DNA of 41,566 nucleotides from Thiothrix sp. (GCA_011375245.1 DRMA01000008.1:1-41566), one strand, 5' to 3'. Counted from the first letter of the stretch, positions 1-8,912 are shown. Notes: generated by a model not told the origin, from the letters alone. Numbers and translations: made by a program.

Positions 1-584
1 GCAATGACACATTGAAAGTCATTAGCCATATTTTCTTTTTCTAACATATCTGCAATACGCGCTGGGGTATTTTCAGGGCTGGTATAACAAGCAATCAGGT
101 CATGTGTATGGCAGTCTTCTAGTAAACCGTGCATTCCATGATCAAATCCGCTCTGTTTCGTCCATTCACCCATATCTTTATTATGAATCGAACTTATTTT
201 TGCCTGTTGCCATGCGATACCGAGACGGGAAAACGCCACTTGGATCATCGAGGTATTGGGAATAATGTGTACGGTATCTATTCCCAGTCTTTTGACCAAA
301 AATGCGCCGATGCCATGACATAAGGGATCACCTGTTGCTAGCACAACGACTTGTTTTTTTCTGGTTAATGCATTTTCAATCCATAAAGGGACTTGCAATA
401 ACTGCCCACTAAAATCTTTCTTCTCTACGTTGTCTAAGAGTACACCTTGTTCATCAAGACGTTGTATAAAGCGTGGGCTACCGATTATTAAATCAGCTGT
501 TTGTAAGTAGTTAATCGCTTGTTGATGTAGGCTATTTTCGCCATCTTCAAGGACACCGATAATTTGTACCATTTTATTCTTCAT
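1..584 (-). CDS. cbiE: Cobalt-precorrin-7 (C5)-methyltransferase CbiE-like. Only the 5' part is present because the gene runs off the left edge.
   Basis: This minus-strand frame is open to position 1, so it has no stop in the window and is absent from the ORF track. My translation reads MKNKMVQIIGVLEDGENSLHQQAINYLQTADLIIGSPRF...QVVVLATGDPLCHGIGAFLVKRLG, with the GDP..HG tetrapyrrole-methylase signature. It starts 5 nt after the cbiD stop. An alternative start is at 572. Confidence 0.7.
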   Translation of the reverse strand, partial: MKNKMVQIIGVLEDGENSLHQQAINYLQTADLIIGSPRFIQRLDEQGVLLDNVEKKDFSGQLLQVPLWIENALTRKKQVVVLATGDPLCHGIGAFLVKRLGIDTVHIIPNTSMIQVAFSRLGIAWQQAKISSIHNKDMGEWTKQSGFDHGMHGLLEDCHTHDLIACYTSPENTPARIADMLEKENMANDFQCVI

Positions 585-588
585 TGTT

Positions 589-1728
589 TCACTCACTATT
601 CGCCTCGGTAATCTTGTTGCCTTCAAAATCACAAATCATCACGCGTAAATGAAATTGATTGGGATAACGCTCCATCAAGGTACGAATAACACGTGCTGCT
701 AAGGCATTATAAAATTTCATTGAAATGCCTAGTTTCAACATTTCCTCACTGGCAAAACGCGCGGTTTCTGCCTGTCTAATTCGCTCAATAACTTCAGCAG
801 GCGCACCTGCTTCTTCGGCAATACTCGCCACTAATTGCATATTGACGGGATTGCGTCCTGCATGGGTAATGGTTTCACCTTGGGCAATTTTGGTTAATTT
901 ACCCACCATACCACCAATAATCACCTTGGGAATCTTATGTTCAACCACGCTATCCAAGGCATAACGTAAGAAATCGCCCATTTGCACAAAACAACCATTG
1001 GGCAAATCAGGCAATTCACGCATGGTAAATTTTTCGGTACGCCCACCTGTGGTTAATACCACGGTATCATTGCCTTGACGGGCGCTGACCTCAATGCCTT
1101 GCACCACGCTGGCACGAAAGGCAGCGGTTGACCACGGATGCACAATGCCTGTTGTACCGAGAATAGAAATGCCGCCTAAAATACCAAGACGACTATTCAG
1201 TGTCCGCTTGGCTAAGGTTTCACCTTTAGGCACTGAAATGGTCACTTCTAAGCCGACTTCATCAAGTAAACGCCCTGCCCCTAAACGCACATTTTGTTCA
1301 ATATATTCGCGGGGTTTCGGATTAATCGCAGCACCTCCAACTTCCAACCCTAAGCCTGCTTGGGTGACAATCCCTACACCTTTACCGCCTTTTAAGCGAA
1401 ACATGCCTGCTTGTTTTGGCAATAACTTCACATCAGCGGTAATCACTGCTTTATGCGTTACATCAGGATCATCACCTGCATCTTTAATCAGCTCAACATA
1501 GGCATGCCCCTGTTTTAGATGACAAGCTGAAACGCTAAATTGCACTTCATTATTTTCGGGCAATAAACAGTTAATCTGTGCCGGAATATTACCTGTGACT
1601 AAACCAACGGTTGCGGCTCGCGCTGCTGCTGCCGCATTTGCACCTGTAGAAAAGCCTTTACGCGTGCCTCTTTTTTTACGCAGGCGCTTTTTCGATGGCG
1701 TAGTTTTAGGTTTAGCGTCTATGCTCAC
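589..1728 (-). CDS. cbiD: Cobalt-precorrin-5B (C1)-methyltransferase CbiD
   Basis: 379-aa ORF. After a basic leader the N-terminus reads RKGFSTGANAAAAARAA, which is typical of CbiD. The start overlaps the cbiC stop by 4 bp (ATGA), and the gene sits in a cob/cbi operon. Confidence 0.9.
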   Translation of the reverse strand: MSIDAKPKTTPSKKRLRKKRGTRKGFSTGANAAAAARAATVGLVTGNIPAQINCLLPENNEVQFSVSACHLKQGHAYVELIKDAGDDPDVTHKAVITADVKLLPKQAGMFRLKGGKGVGIVTQAGLGLEVGGAAINPKPREYIEQNVRLGAGRLLDEVGLEVTISVPKGETLAKRTLNSRLGILGGISILGTTGIVHPWSTAAFRASVVQGIEVSARQGNDTVVLTTGGRTEKFTMRELPDLPNGCFVQMGDFLRYALDSVVEHKIPKVIIGGMVGKLTKIAQGETITHAGRNPVNMQLVASIAEEAGAPAEVIERIRQAETARFASEEMLKLGISMKFYNALAARVIRTLMERYPNQFHLRVMICDFEGNKITEANSE

Positions 1729-2396
1729 AATGCAGTTTGACGTTGACGTGCTTCTGCCAAGGCAAGTAATGCATGAATAGCAGAAACAACGAGGGTTGTG
1801 CCGCCTTTACGTCCACGGCTAATGATCCACGGTATATTATCCAATAATGCGAGCTCATCTTTCGATTCTGCGGCAGACACAAAACCAACAGGCATGCCAA
1901 TAATTAACGCAGGTTTTAGTCCTTCTTGTTCGATTAGGCGTTTGACTTCAAGTAAGGCAGTGGGTGCATTGCCAATGCCAATAAGACCTTGCTCTAATAA
2001 GCCAAGCCGATGCGCTTTACGCATTGCTTGTACCGCGCGGGTGGTATTTTCGGCTTTTGCCGTAGCAATAACATCCTCATCCGCAATAAACTGATGTGTG
2101 GTTACGCCAAAATGACTAAGCCGAGGTTGTGATAACCCCACACAAATCATATTCACATCAGCAGTAATGGCTTTGCCTGTGCTGAGCGCTTGAATACCTG
2201 CTTCAATAGCATCAGGGTGAAACTCAGCCAGACCATTGAATTCAAAGTCAGCCGTGGCATGAATCATGCGTCGTACAATTTGCCATTGATCATCCGTGTA
2301 ATGATGCTCACCCACTTCTTGATCAACAATATCAAAGGAACTGTGTTCGATTTTTCGACCTGCTTCAGTCAATTGTTCGGTGACAATATTGCTCAT
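1725..2396 (-). CDS. cbiC: Precorrin-8X / cobalt-precorrin-8 methylmutase CbiC/CobH
   Basis: 223-aa ORF with IEHSSFDIV...IHATADFEF...GNAPTAL motifs typical of CbiC. Operon context supports the call. Confidence 0.9.
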   Translation of the reverse strand: MSNIVTEQLTEAGRKIEHSSFDIVDQEVGEHHYTDDQWQIVRRMIHATADFEFNGLAEFHPDAIEAGIQALSTGKAITADVNMICVGLSQPRLSHFGVTTHQFIADEDVIATAKAENTTRAVQAMRKAHRLGLLEQGLIGIGNAPTALLEVKRLIEQEGLKPALIIGMPVGFVSAAESKDELALLDNIPWIISRGRKGGTTLVVSAIHALLALAEARQRQTAL

Positions 2397-2442
2397 GGTG
2401 TTATGTCCTTATAATCGGGTGGCTGTGTGGGTCTGATTTAGC

Positions 2443-2486
2443 TATATTTCCTTGATTCCGCAAGCTGCATCAAGGCTACAAAAGTA
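2443..2486. repeat. Palindromic intergenic repeat, family B (single arm)
   Basis: The sequence tatatttccttgattccgcaagctgcatcaaggctacaaaagtatta recurs almost identically at 14804-14850. It has an internal stem CCTTGAT/ATCAAGG. It lies in the cbiX-cbiC spacer. Confidence 0.7.
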
Positions 2487-2492
2487 TTATTT

Positions 2493-3320
2493 TTAATGAT
2501 GATGGTGGTGTTCGTGATCGTGATGCGCATCAGGATCAATATCTAAAAACTCACTACCTTTATCGTCTTGTAATACATTCATGACACGAGTATTCAGCAC
2601 TTCTTTAATCTCAGGCTCGAAACCAAAATAGCTGGAGTGGGCAAAAGCAATGCCTGCATATTGTTGTTGCAAACGTGTCATTTGACGATGAATACGGTTA
2701 ATTAATGTGCCATCAAATAAATAGAGTGGCAGCACAATAATCTGCTTCATACCTAAGCTGACTTGACGTTGTACGACTGTTTCTAAACGCGGTGTGGTAA
2801 CGCCTGTAAAGGCGACATCAACTAAATCATGCTCACTGTCTTCAAATAACCAGCGTGCCATTTTGCTCACTTCACCATTGGCATTGCGATCAGAAGAACC
2901 ACGACCTAATAAAATCACCCCAGTATTGGCAGGTGAAGGAAAGTCTAATTCAGCAAAGGCTTTTTGTAGATTGCGTTTAAGTATAGTAAAGATTGGCTCA
3001 CCTGTAGTAACAGGAGGCGTATAAATAAATTGCGTTTCAGGATGGCGCTGTTTAGCGTGTTCAATATGATGTGGGATTTCAGCACGCACATGACCTGCGG
3101 CATTTAACACTAATGGCACGATAATAACGCGCCGACCATTAGCAGCAGCAATATCCAAACCTTGGGCAATTTCAACTTCGGCAAATTCAATAAAACACAG
3201 TTCGATATGCCAATCAGGTTGGCTATCGCGCCATTGTTGCGTAAAACGCTCAATTTGCGGATTACCATTGGGATCACGTGAACCGTGACCGATTAATAAA
3301 ATACAATCATTTTTCATCAC
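2493..3320 (-). CDS. cbiX: Sirohydrochlorin cobaltochelatase CbiX, long form with a His-rich tail
   Basis: 275-aa ORF with two CbiX-like halves (LLIGHGSRD... and ILLGRGSSD...). The C-terminus reads HHDHEHHHHH. Confidence 0.85.
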   Translation of the reverse strand: MMKNDCILLIGHGSRDPNGNPQIERFTQQWRDSQPDWHIELCFIEFAEVEIAQGLDIAAANGRRVIIVPLVLNAAGHVRAEIPHHIEHAKQRHPETQFIYTPPVTTGEPIFTILKRNLQKAFAELDFPSPANTGVILLGRGSSDRNANGEVSKMARWLFEDSEHDLVDVAFTGVTTPRLETVVQRQVSLGMKQIIVLPLYLFDGTLINRIHRQMTRLQQQYAGIAFAHSSYFGFEPEIKEVLNTRVMNVLQDDKGSEFLDIDPDAHHDHEHHHHH

Positions 3321-3360
3321 ACTATCTCTTATTTTTTTAATTACTAATGTCTTATTTTTT

Positions 3361-3396
3361 AGCCATGCGGCGGATGGCGTACCTTATCCGCCTTAC
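3361..3396. repeat. Half copy of the family A palindromic element
   Basis: The sequence agccatgcggcggatggcgtaccttatccgcc matches the inner right arm of the full copy at 40138-40280. It lies in the cbiF-cbiX spacer. Confidence 0.7.
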
Positions 3397-3439
3397 TAGT
3401 CTGGTCTTTCACAATCTCGTCGTCAAAGGGTACAGGAAC

Positions 3440-4225
3440 TCAGTCTTGGCTCGTACCACGACGAAAACGATGGGTAAAATCCTTATCGTATAACTTCGAT
3501 TTCTTTAAATTCTCCCACTGACGCGCACCCAGTGTTGGGCTAACAATAATCATTGCTTGCGAGGCTATTTTCTCAGTTTGGCATTGTTTTTTAATCGTGC
3601 TTAATGTACCACGAACAATTTTTTCGGCTTCTCCCCAACTGGCTTTTTGTACCACCACCACAGGAGCATCAACAGACCAACCTGTTTCAATCAGTTCAGC
3701 GGTAACTTTATGTAATAAGGTGATGGACAAAAATAAACACAAGGTTGAGTGGTGAGCAGCAAGTTCTTTTAATGATTCACCGTCTGGCATCGGTGTTCGC
3801 CCTTCAACACGGGTTAGAATAACTGTTTGTGTTACTTCAGGCAGGGTAAGGCTTTCAACTGCAGCGGCTGAAGAAGCCATTGCTGAAGAAATGCCAGGGA
3901 CAACTTCAATCTCAATATCAGCTTTGTCTAAGGGCTGTACCATTTCAATCAATGCACCATACAACGATGGATCACCTGTTTGTAAACGAATCACTGTTTG
4001 ATGGTGTTGCGCTTGTTCGATAAGCCAGCTAGTGATGTCTTCTAAGGTCATGCCTTTAGAATCTTGGATATTACAGTCCGCTTTGCTCCATTGGGTTAAG
4101 GCTTGTGGAACGAGCGAACCTGCATACAAAATAGCATCCGCTTGGGTGATTAAATCACGTGCTTTAACGGTCATCAGATCAGGATCACCAGGCCCTGCGC
4201 CGACAAACCAAACTTTCCCTGTCAT
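3440..4225 (-). CDS. cbiF: Cobalt-precorrin-4 C11-methyltransferase CbiF/CobM
   Basis: 261-aa ORF. The N-terminus VWFVGAGPGDPDLMTVKA and the later GDPSLYGA motif are characteristic of this family. Confidence 0.9.
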   Translation of the reverse strand: MTGKVWFVGAGPGDPDLMTVKARDLITQADAILYAGSLVPQALTQWSKADCNIQDSKGMTLEDITSWLIEQAQHHQTVIRLQTGDPSLYGALIEMVQPLDKADIEIEVVPGISSAMASSAAAVESLTLPEVTQTVILTRVEGRTPMPDGESLKELAAHHSTLCLFLSITLLHKVTAELIETGWSVDAPVVVVQKASWGEAEKIVRGTLSTIKKQCQTEKIASQAMIIVSPTLGARQWENLKKSKLYDKDFTHRFRRGTSQD

Positions 4226-4250
4226 TGTATTGTTCTTCCTTATTAATTAT

Positions 4251-4787
4251 TTAAAACTCAACACCCTGTTGCGCTTTAATTCCATTTTTATACGCATGTT
4301 TAATCATCGTCATTTCAGTAACGGTATCAGCGACTTCAATCACTTCAGGCTGGGCATTTCTGCCTGTCATTACTAAATGCAAATAGGCAGGCTTTTCATT
4401 TGTGATAAATTCAGCAATCTCTTCACCTGTTATCCAGCCATAACCACTGGCATAATTAATTTCATCTAACATCACTAAATCATATTCTTCGGATTTAATG
4501 CGTTCTTTGGCAAATTCCCATGTATGGCGCGCGGTGGCAATATCTTGCTCTGGGTTTTTGGTCACCCATGTAAAACCATCACCCATCACATGCCAGTCAA
4601 TATTATCAAATTGTTCGGCAGCTTTTTTCTCGCCTGTTTTCCATTTGCCCTTAATAAATTGCACGACTAAAACCTTCATTCCCCAGCCTGCGGAACGAAA
4701 TACCATACCAAAACCACTGGATGATTTGCCTTTACCTTCGCCAGTGTGAACCAGAACTGTGCCTTGTCTATTTTCGCGTTTTTTCAT
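4251..4787 (-). CDS. cobO: Cob(I)yrinic acid a,c-diamide adenosyltransferase CobO/BtuR
   Basis: 178-aa ORF with a P-loop-like HTGEGKGKSS motif followed by VVQFIKG. Confidence 0.9.
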   Translation of the reverse strand: MKKRENRQGTVLVHTGEGKGKSSSGFGMVFRSAGWGMKVLVVQFIKGKWKTGEKKAAEQFDNIDWHVMGDGFTWVTKNPEQDIATARHTWEFAKERIKSEEYDLVMLDEINYASGYGWITGEEIAEFITNEKPAYLHLVMTGRNAQPEVIEVADTVTEMTMIKHAYKNGIKAQQGVEF

Positions 4788-6115
4788 AAATGCCCACTCG
4801 GTTGTTTGGCACGAAATAAATCAGCCGCCACAATAGGGGCTGAAGCAAAATACCAATGTACATACGAAGCATGAAGGTTATGCAAAACGAAACCTTCATC
4901 ACCACGTGCCAAGTTATATGCTGTTGGCAGCTCATGGTGATCTTCACGTTTTGAATGATGGTATTCATGACCTTTAAGACCTGTAAGCTTATCTTCACGA
5001 TAACCCAAAGCCGCTAAACGATCTTGCATCGTACAGCTAATCGGTAAAATCTCTGCCATTGTGCAGCGTTTACCATCTTTGTCGGTTAGTGCCTGAGCTA
5101 ACATCATCATGCCACCACATTCGGCTAAACAGGGTGTACCTTGTTTAATATGCTCTGCAAGGGATGTCCATGTTGCAGACTGACTAAGTGCATCCATATG
5201 CAGTTCAGGATAGCCACCTGGTAGCCAAATGGCATTCGTATTATCAGGAATAGCATCGCCAGCAACGGGGGAGAAAAAATACAAACTTGCCCCTTGTGCT
5301 TCTAACCAATCGAGATTATTTTGATAGATAAAACAACAGGCTGAATCCCGTGCAATAGCAATATTTTTGCCTTGTAGTAACGGTGCTTCTGTCTGTGTTT
5401 GTGTTTGTGCATCTGTTGGCAAAGGTAGGTTTGCTAACGTTGAACTACAACGCTCCATCAATGCTATATCGGCATGGAAGGCATCCATAAAATCAGGCAC
5501 ACGATGTTCTTCAGGCATTTGTAGACCTAAATGACGCTCTGGCATCGTTGGCGCGTCTTTTTGCATCCATGCAATCAATGGTGGTAACTGGTATTCGTCT
5601 AAAAACTCACGAATGATTTTTGCATGATTTTCACTGCCTAAACGATTAGCAATAATGCCGCTGATGTGAAAATTTTGTGCTTCCGCTTCGGTAACAAAGC
5701 CTTTGACTAATGGCACAATCGAACCGCTCATGCCTTTTGCATCAACGACTAACCATACAGACACGCCTAGCTCTTTTGCTAGATGTGCGCCTGAGCCTTT
5801 GCCACCCACGCCACCACGACCATCAAATAAGCCCATTACGCCTTCAATAACACCAAAATCGGTATCTTGATGTTGTGCTAATAATTGTGCGCTTTGCTCG
5901 ATACCAATCATATTGGTATCAAGGTTATAGCTGGTTTTATGGGTAACGGCTTTATGCCACATGGGATCAAGAAAATCAGGACCTGTTTTAAAACTGCGTA
6001 CGGTTTTACCTTGTCGCTGGAGGTATTGTAAGACTGCCAGCGTTACCGAGGTCTTACCGCAGCCCGATTGTGTGCCTGCAATGAGGATGGTTTGCATGGT
6101 TTGCATAGTTTGCAT
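4784..6115 (-). CDS. cbiA: Cobyrinate a,c-diamide synthase CbiA/CobB
   Basis: 443-aa ORF with GTQSGCGKTS near the N-terminus and a C-terminal GATase-like part (ECGGMMML). It overlaps cobO by 4 bp. The N-terminus is MQTMQTMQT, so the true start among the three ATGs is uncertain. Confidence 0.9.
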   Translation of the reverse strand: MQTMQTMQTILIAGTQSGCGKTSVTLAVLQYLQRQGKTVRSFKTGPDFLDPMWHKAVTHKTSYNLDTNMIGIEQSAQLLAQHQDTDFGVIEGVMGLFDGRGGVGGKGSGAHLAKELGVSVWLVVDAKGMSGSIVPLVKGFVTEAEAQNFHISGIIANRLGSENHAKIIREFLDEYQLPPLIAWMQKDAPTMPERHLGLQMPEEHRVPDFMDAFHADIALMERCSSTLANLPLPTDAQTQTQTEAPLLQGKNIAIARDSACCFIYQNNLDWLEAQGASLYFFSPVAGDAIPDNTNAIWLPGGYPELHMDALSQSATWTSLAEHIKQGTPCLAECGGMMMLAQALTDKDGKRCTMAEILPISCTMQDRLAALGYREDKLTGLKGHEYHHSKREDHHELPTAYNLARGDEGFVLHNLHASYVHWYFASAPIVAADLFRAKQPSGHL

Positions 6116-6117
6116 TG

Positions 6118-6936
6118 CTAATCAAACACCTTGTTACTCAGCACTTTAAAACGGTTTAATAAGAACGCCGTGAGTACACCGAGTACAACCCAAAAGATAA
6201 AGTTAGCAATGGCTGTCATCCACATAAAGGCACGTGATAATTCTTCGGGGGCGAGGCTACCATGATGGCTAGGTACAGGCGCACCAACGATATGAGGTAT
6301 AACCAGTAAGAGCAATCCTACACCTTTTAACACCATCGATTTAGCAAATACTAAGAGTGCTAAACCTACAATCGTTGCAATCACGGTTGATATCCACCAT
6401 AGCTGCCGATGTTCAATCGCTGCTGCTTCTGTGCCTGGTAATTCAGGAACGAGTCCCAAGGCTGGTGCAACAAAGAAAGCAAGATATCCTGCAATTCCCC
6501 ATAACAAACCTGTACGCGCATTGCCTTTACCATAAAAAGTCATTGCAGCAGCAAGTAATAACGCAAAGGTAATCCCCGTTAATACGCTAGCTAATAAGGT
6601 ATATAACGTACGCTCTGAGAGACCTGCAAAGCCAGAATCCTCAGCCTGTGAAGCATGTTCATGATCATCATGACTATGTGCTTGATCAGCATTATGGGCA
6701 TTATGAGCATGATCATTAGCATGGCTATGTTCCTGCTTATGCTGATCCTCTACCGCCTCTTTTATCACTTCCTTTGTTGCAGGAGGGTCATCCTCACTTA
6801 ACAATTCTCTTGCGGTGTTTTCATAGCTTTCAGCTTCGATAATAATCGGCACTGTCAAAATCTGCTCAGCCACTGAGAATAGTACACCCGACACAATACC
6901 TGCCATCAAGGCAGCGGCTATCATTAATCTAAACAT
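6118..6936 (-). CDS. cbtA: Putative cobalt transporter subunit CbtA, with a His-rich loop
   Basis: 272-aa multi-pass membrane protein. It carries the loop HKQEHSHANDHAHNAHNADQAHSHDDHEH. It sits immediately downstream of cbtB and upstream of the cob genes. Confidence 0.8.
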   Translation of the reverse strand: MFRLMIAAALMAGIVSGVLFSVAEQILTVPIIIEAESYENTARELLSEDDPPATKEVIKEAVEDQHKQEHSHANDHAHNAHNADQAHSHDDHEHASQAEDSGFAGLSERTLYTLLASVLTGITFALLLAAAMTFYGKGNARTGLLWGIAGYLAFFVAPALGLVPELPGTEAAAIEHRQLWWISTVIATIVGLALLVFAKSMVLKGVGLLLLVIPHIVGAPVPSHHGSLAPEELSRAFMWMTAIANFIFWVVLGVLTAFLLNRFKVLSNKVFD

Positions 6937-6949
6937 AAATAAACACTAA

Positions 6950-7153
6950 TTAATGACAAGGAAAAGAAGCAGAGTGACGTACGTCATGCGCTGCATTATG
7001 GATAACGTCCTCACTTCCCATCGCAAAACCAACGCCATAAAGCATCACTAAACCCAATAGAGCAATACTTAATGCGGGGATAAAACGATCAGCGAAAGAC
7101 GTTTCTACAGAAGGGTGTGATGGAGCATAATTAATTGGCTGTTGCATGATCAT
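6950..7153 (-). CDS. cbtB: Putative cobalt transporter subunit CbtB
   Basis: 67-aa protein with one TM segment. The C-terminal HDVRHSASFPCH matches the CbtB signature as I recall it. It is the first gene after the riboswitch. Confidence 0.8.
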   Translation of the reverse strand: MIMQQPINYAPSHPSVETSFADRFIPALSIALLGLVMLYGVGFAMGSEDVIHNAAHDVRHSASFPCH

Positions 7154-7289
7154 TTATTCCTAATCTAGTAGTAAAGTAAATAATGGTGTAAATGTCGTAA
7201 TGCTTGCAAATAATGAGGTAAGGTGTGAGAAACTATGTCTACCACCTTATAATTGACACTGATACCGCCCATCGCAATACATTTACGTC

Positions 7290-7435
7290 GTTAAACTATG
7301 AAAATTAAAGAAAAGTCTAGTATCGGGCTTATGGATTTTATCCATCTACCGTTGCGAGGGCAGCGCTGGACTCGGTAATAATAACTACATGAACCAGCTT
7401 CCTAATACATATTCCCCGTGCTACGCATAATATGA
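7290..7435 (-). promoter_or_regulatory. Cobalamin (B12) riboswitch aptamer leading the cbtB-cob operon
   Basis: The minus-strand sequence reads AGGAAGCUGGU...GAGUCCAGCGCUGCCCUCGCAACGGUA...AAGCCCGAUACUAGAC. The GCUGCCCUCGCAACGGUA core and a partial B12 box (AAGCCCGA) resemble E. coli btuB and the family consensus. The boundaries are approximate. Confidence 0.6.
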
Positions 7436-7619
7436 TGCGTAATTGGTAATAGCAGGAATATGTACTCTTTTGTCAAAAGAAACTTTGTAAGGCTGGCATT
7501 CTTCCTTTTTCTTACTAGCTTGTCAATTAGCAATAAGAATCGTGTGTTTGGGTATTCTTCAATCTTGCTAAACGTGCTACACAAAATACATAAATATTAT
7601 TTATAATTTAAATTAATGC

Positions 7620-7648
7620 TTGACAATATAAGTATATTAGAATATTCT
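7620..7648 (+). promoter_or_regulatory. Candidate sigma70 promoter for the 7703 ORF
   Basis: TTGACA at 7620-7625, a 17-nt spacer, then TATTCT at 7643-7648. A GGAG ribosome-binding site lies 7 nt before the ATG at 7703. Confidence 0.4.
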
Positions 7649-7702
7649 TATGCGCATAAACCGCTAACAGGTCACCCCTAACAAGCCCAACGGAGAAAAA
7701 TA

Positions 7703-8146
7703 ATGAAACTTTCTACAATCACATTCGCTGCTTTAATCGCCCTTTCTACAACTGCATCTGCTGACTGGATGGATGGAATGAGTAATGGTAATGCTGCTGG
7801 AAACGCACAAGGCGTTTCATCTGTAACAAGCAAAGGCAACTCAAAAGCTGATGGCGCAGCAAAAGGTAAACTAAATTCATGGGGAACAGGTAAAGGCGAT
7901 GCAGACGGTGAAGTAGACTTCGCTGTTACTTTCAAAGGTAAAGGTCGCACGAACATGGATACAAAAATGGCTGCTGACGGAAATGCTGATTCAAACGTAA
8001 ACGGTCTTGCTGATTGGACTGGCGAAGGCAATGGCAAAGGTTCTACAGCCGCTAACGCCGTAGGAAGCAATAAAACAAATGGCGTAGGCGCAGTTCCTTT
8101 CGCTAATGGTCAAATGCCTTCACCTTCATTTGTACCAAACAAATAA
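7703..8146 (+). CDS. Secreted Gly/Asn/Ala/Lys-rich low-complexity protein of unknown function
   Basis: 147-aa ORF with a signal peptide (MKLSTITFAALIALSTTASA|DW). It has its own promoter, ribosome-binding site and strong terminator. The antisense ORF 7678..8070 is a low-complexity artefact. Confidence 0.75.
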   Translation: MKLSTITFAALIALSTTASADWMDGMSNGNAAGNAQGVSSVTSKGNSKADGAAKGKLNSWGTGKGDADGEVDFAVTFKGKGRTNMDTKMAADGNADSNVNGLADWTGEGNGKGSTAANAVGSNKTNGVGAVPFANGQMPSPSFVPNK

Positions 8147-8196
8147 TTTCCAATAAAAATAATAATAATAATCAGTACAAATATGTGTGACTTTAG

Positions 8197-8227
8197 AAGC
8201 CTACTAAATTAAGTAGGCTTTTTTTTA
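8197..8227 (+). terminator. Rho-independent terminator
   Basis: Stem aagcctact / agtaggctt with a 6-nt loop, followed by a T8 run. It lies between the convergent 7703 ORF and bluB. Confidence 0.8.
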
Positions 8228-8244
8228 ATAAAAAAATGCTTTTA

Positions 8245-8901
8245 TCACTTTTCTGGATACCGCTCACAATAAACGACCGATTCAATAATCTTCCTCTTCT
8301 CCCACTGTAATGTTTCTAGTTCTGGCACTGCAAAAAACGCATCAACATAACCAAGACATAAATAAGCCACTAATTTATTATCAGCAGGTGCTTGCAGTAT
8401 GTCTTTCACATGCTCAGGATTTAAAATACTCACCCACCCTAAACCAATATTCATTGCCCGAGCCATTAACCACATATTTTGAATGGCACAAACCACACTA
8501 TACTCACCTGCTTCCACCATCGTATTTTGTCCCAGCACAGGGGCTGTTGATGGCTTGTAAAAGACGGCAATATTAACAGGTGCTTCAAGAATTCCTTCTA
8601 ATTTAAGCGTTGCATAGACTTGCTGCCGTGTATCACTAAAAATCGCTTTTGCTTGTTTATTTTCGGTAGAAAAACTTGCGACTATTTTCTTTTTAACATG
8701 TTTATCACGTACAATCACAAATTCCCATGGCTGCGAAAAACCAACTGAGGGGGCTAATGACGCGGCATGCAGTATTTTTTCAATTTCGTTGTCTGTGAGC
8801 AGGTCAGGTAAAAAATGATTACCACGAACATCACGACGATGCAGCATAATGTCTTCTAGTAATGCCTGATCATCAGCGCTGAACTTTTTATTTTTCATCA
8901 A
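8245..8901 (-). CDS. bluB: 5,6-dimethylbenzimidazole synthase BluB (nitroreductase fold)
   Basis: 218-aa ORF. The HRRDVRGNHF...AASLAPSVGFSQPWEFVIV pattern is typical of BluB, and the gene is adjacent to the cobalamin cluster. Confidence 0.85.
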   Translation of the reverse strand: MMKNKKFSADDQALLEDIMLHRRDVRGNHFLPDLLTDNEIEKILHAASLAPSVGFSQPWEFVIVRDKHVKKKIVASFSTENKQAKAIFSDTRQQVYATLKLEGILEAPVNIAVFYKPSTAPVLGQNTMVEAGEYSVVCAIQNMWLMARAMNIGLGWVSILNPEHVKDILQAPADNKLVAYLCLGYVDAFFAVPELETLQWEKRKIIESVVYCERYPEK

Positions 8902-8912
8902 CTATTACTCTT

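Noticed and set aside
1094-1501. Long antisense or alternative-frame ORFs inside well-supported genes: 1094..1501, 16691..17158, 31163..31498, 36145..36555, 36993..37409, 37830..38150, 25430..25777
   Set aside because: Each lies wholly within a gene with strong family motifs on the other strand or frame. Their translations are low-complexity (Ser/Ala/Pro/Cys-rich) with no recognisable motifs.
7402-7584. 60-aa minus-strand ORF upstream of the riboswitch
   Set aside because: It overlaps the predicted promoter and 5' end of the riboswitch, and it shows no ribosome-binding site or recognisable motifs.
7678-8070. 130-aa minus-strand ORF overlapping the 7703..8146 gene
   Set aside because: It is antisense to a low-complexity GC-biased repeat region, with no signal peptide, ribosome-binding site or promoter. 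The plus-strand ORF has a signal peptide, ribosome-binding site, promoter and terminator.
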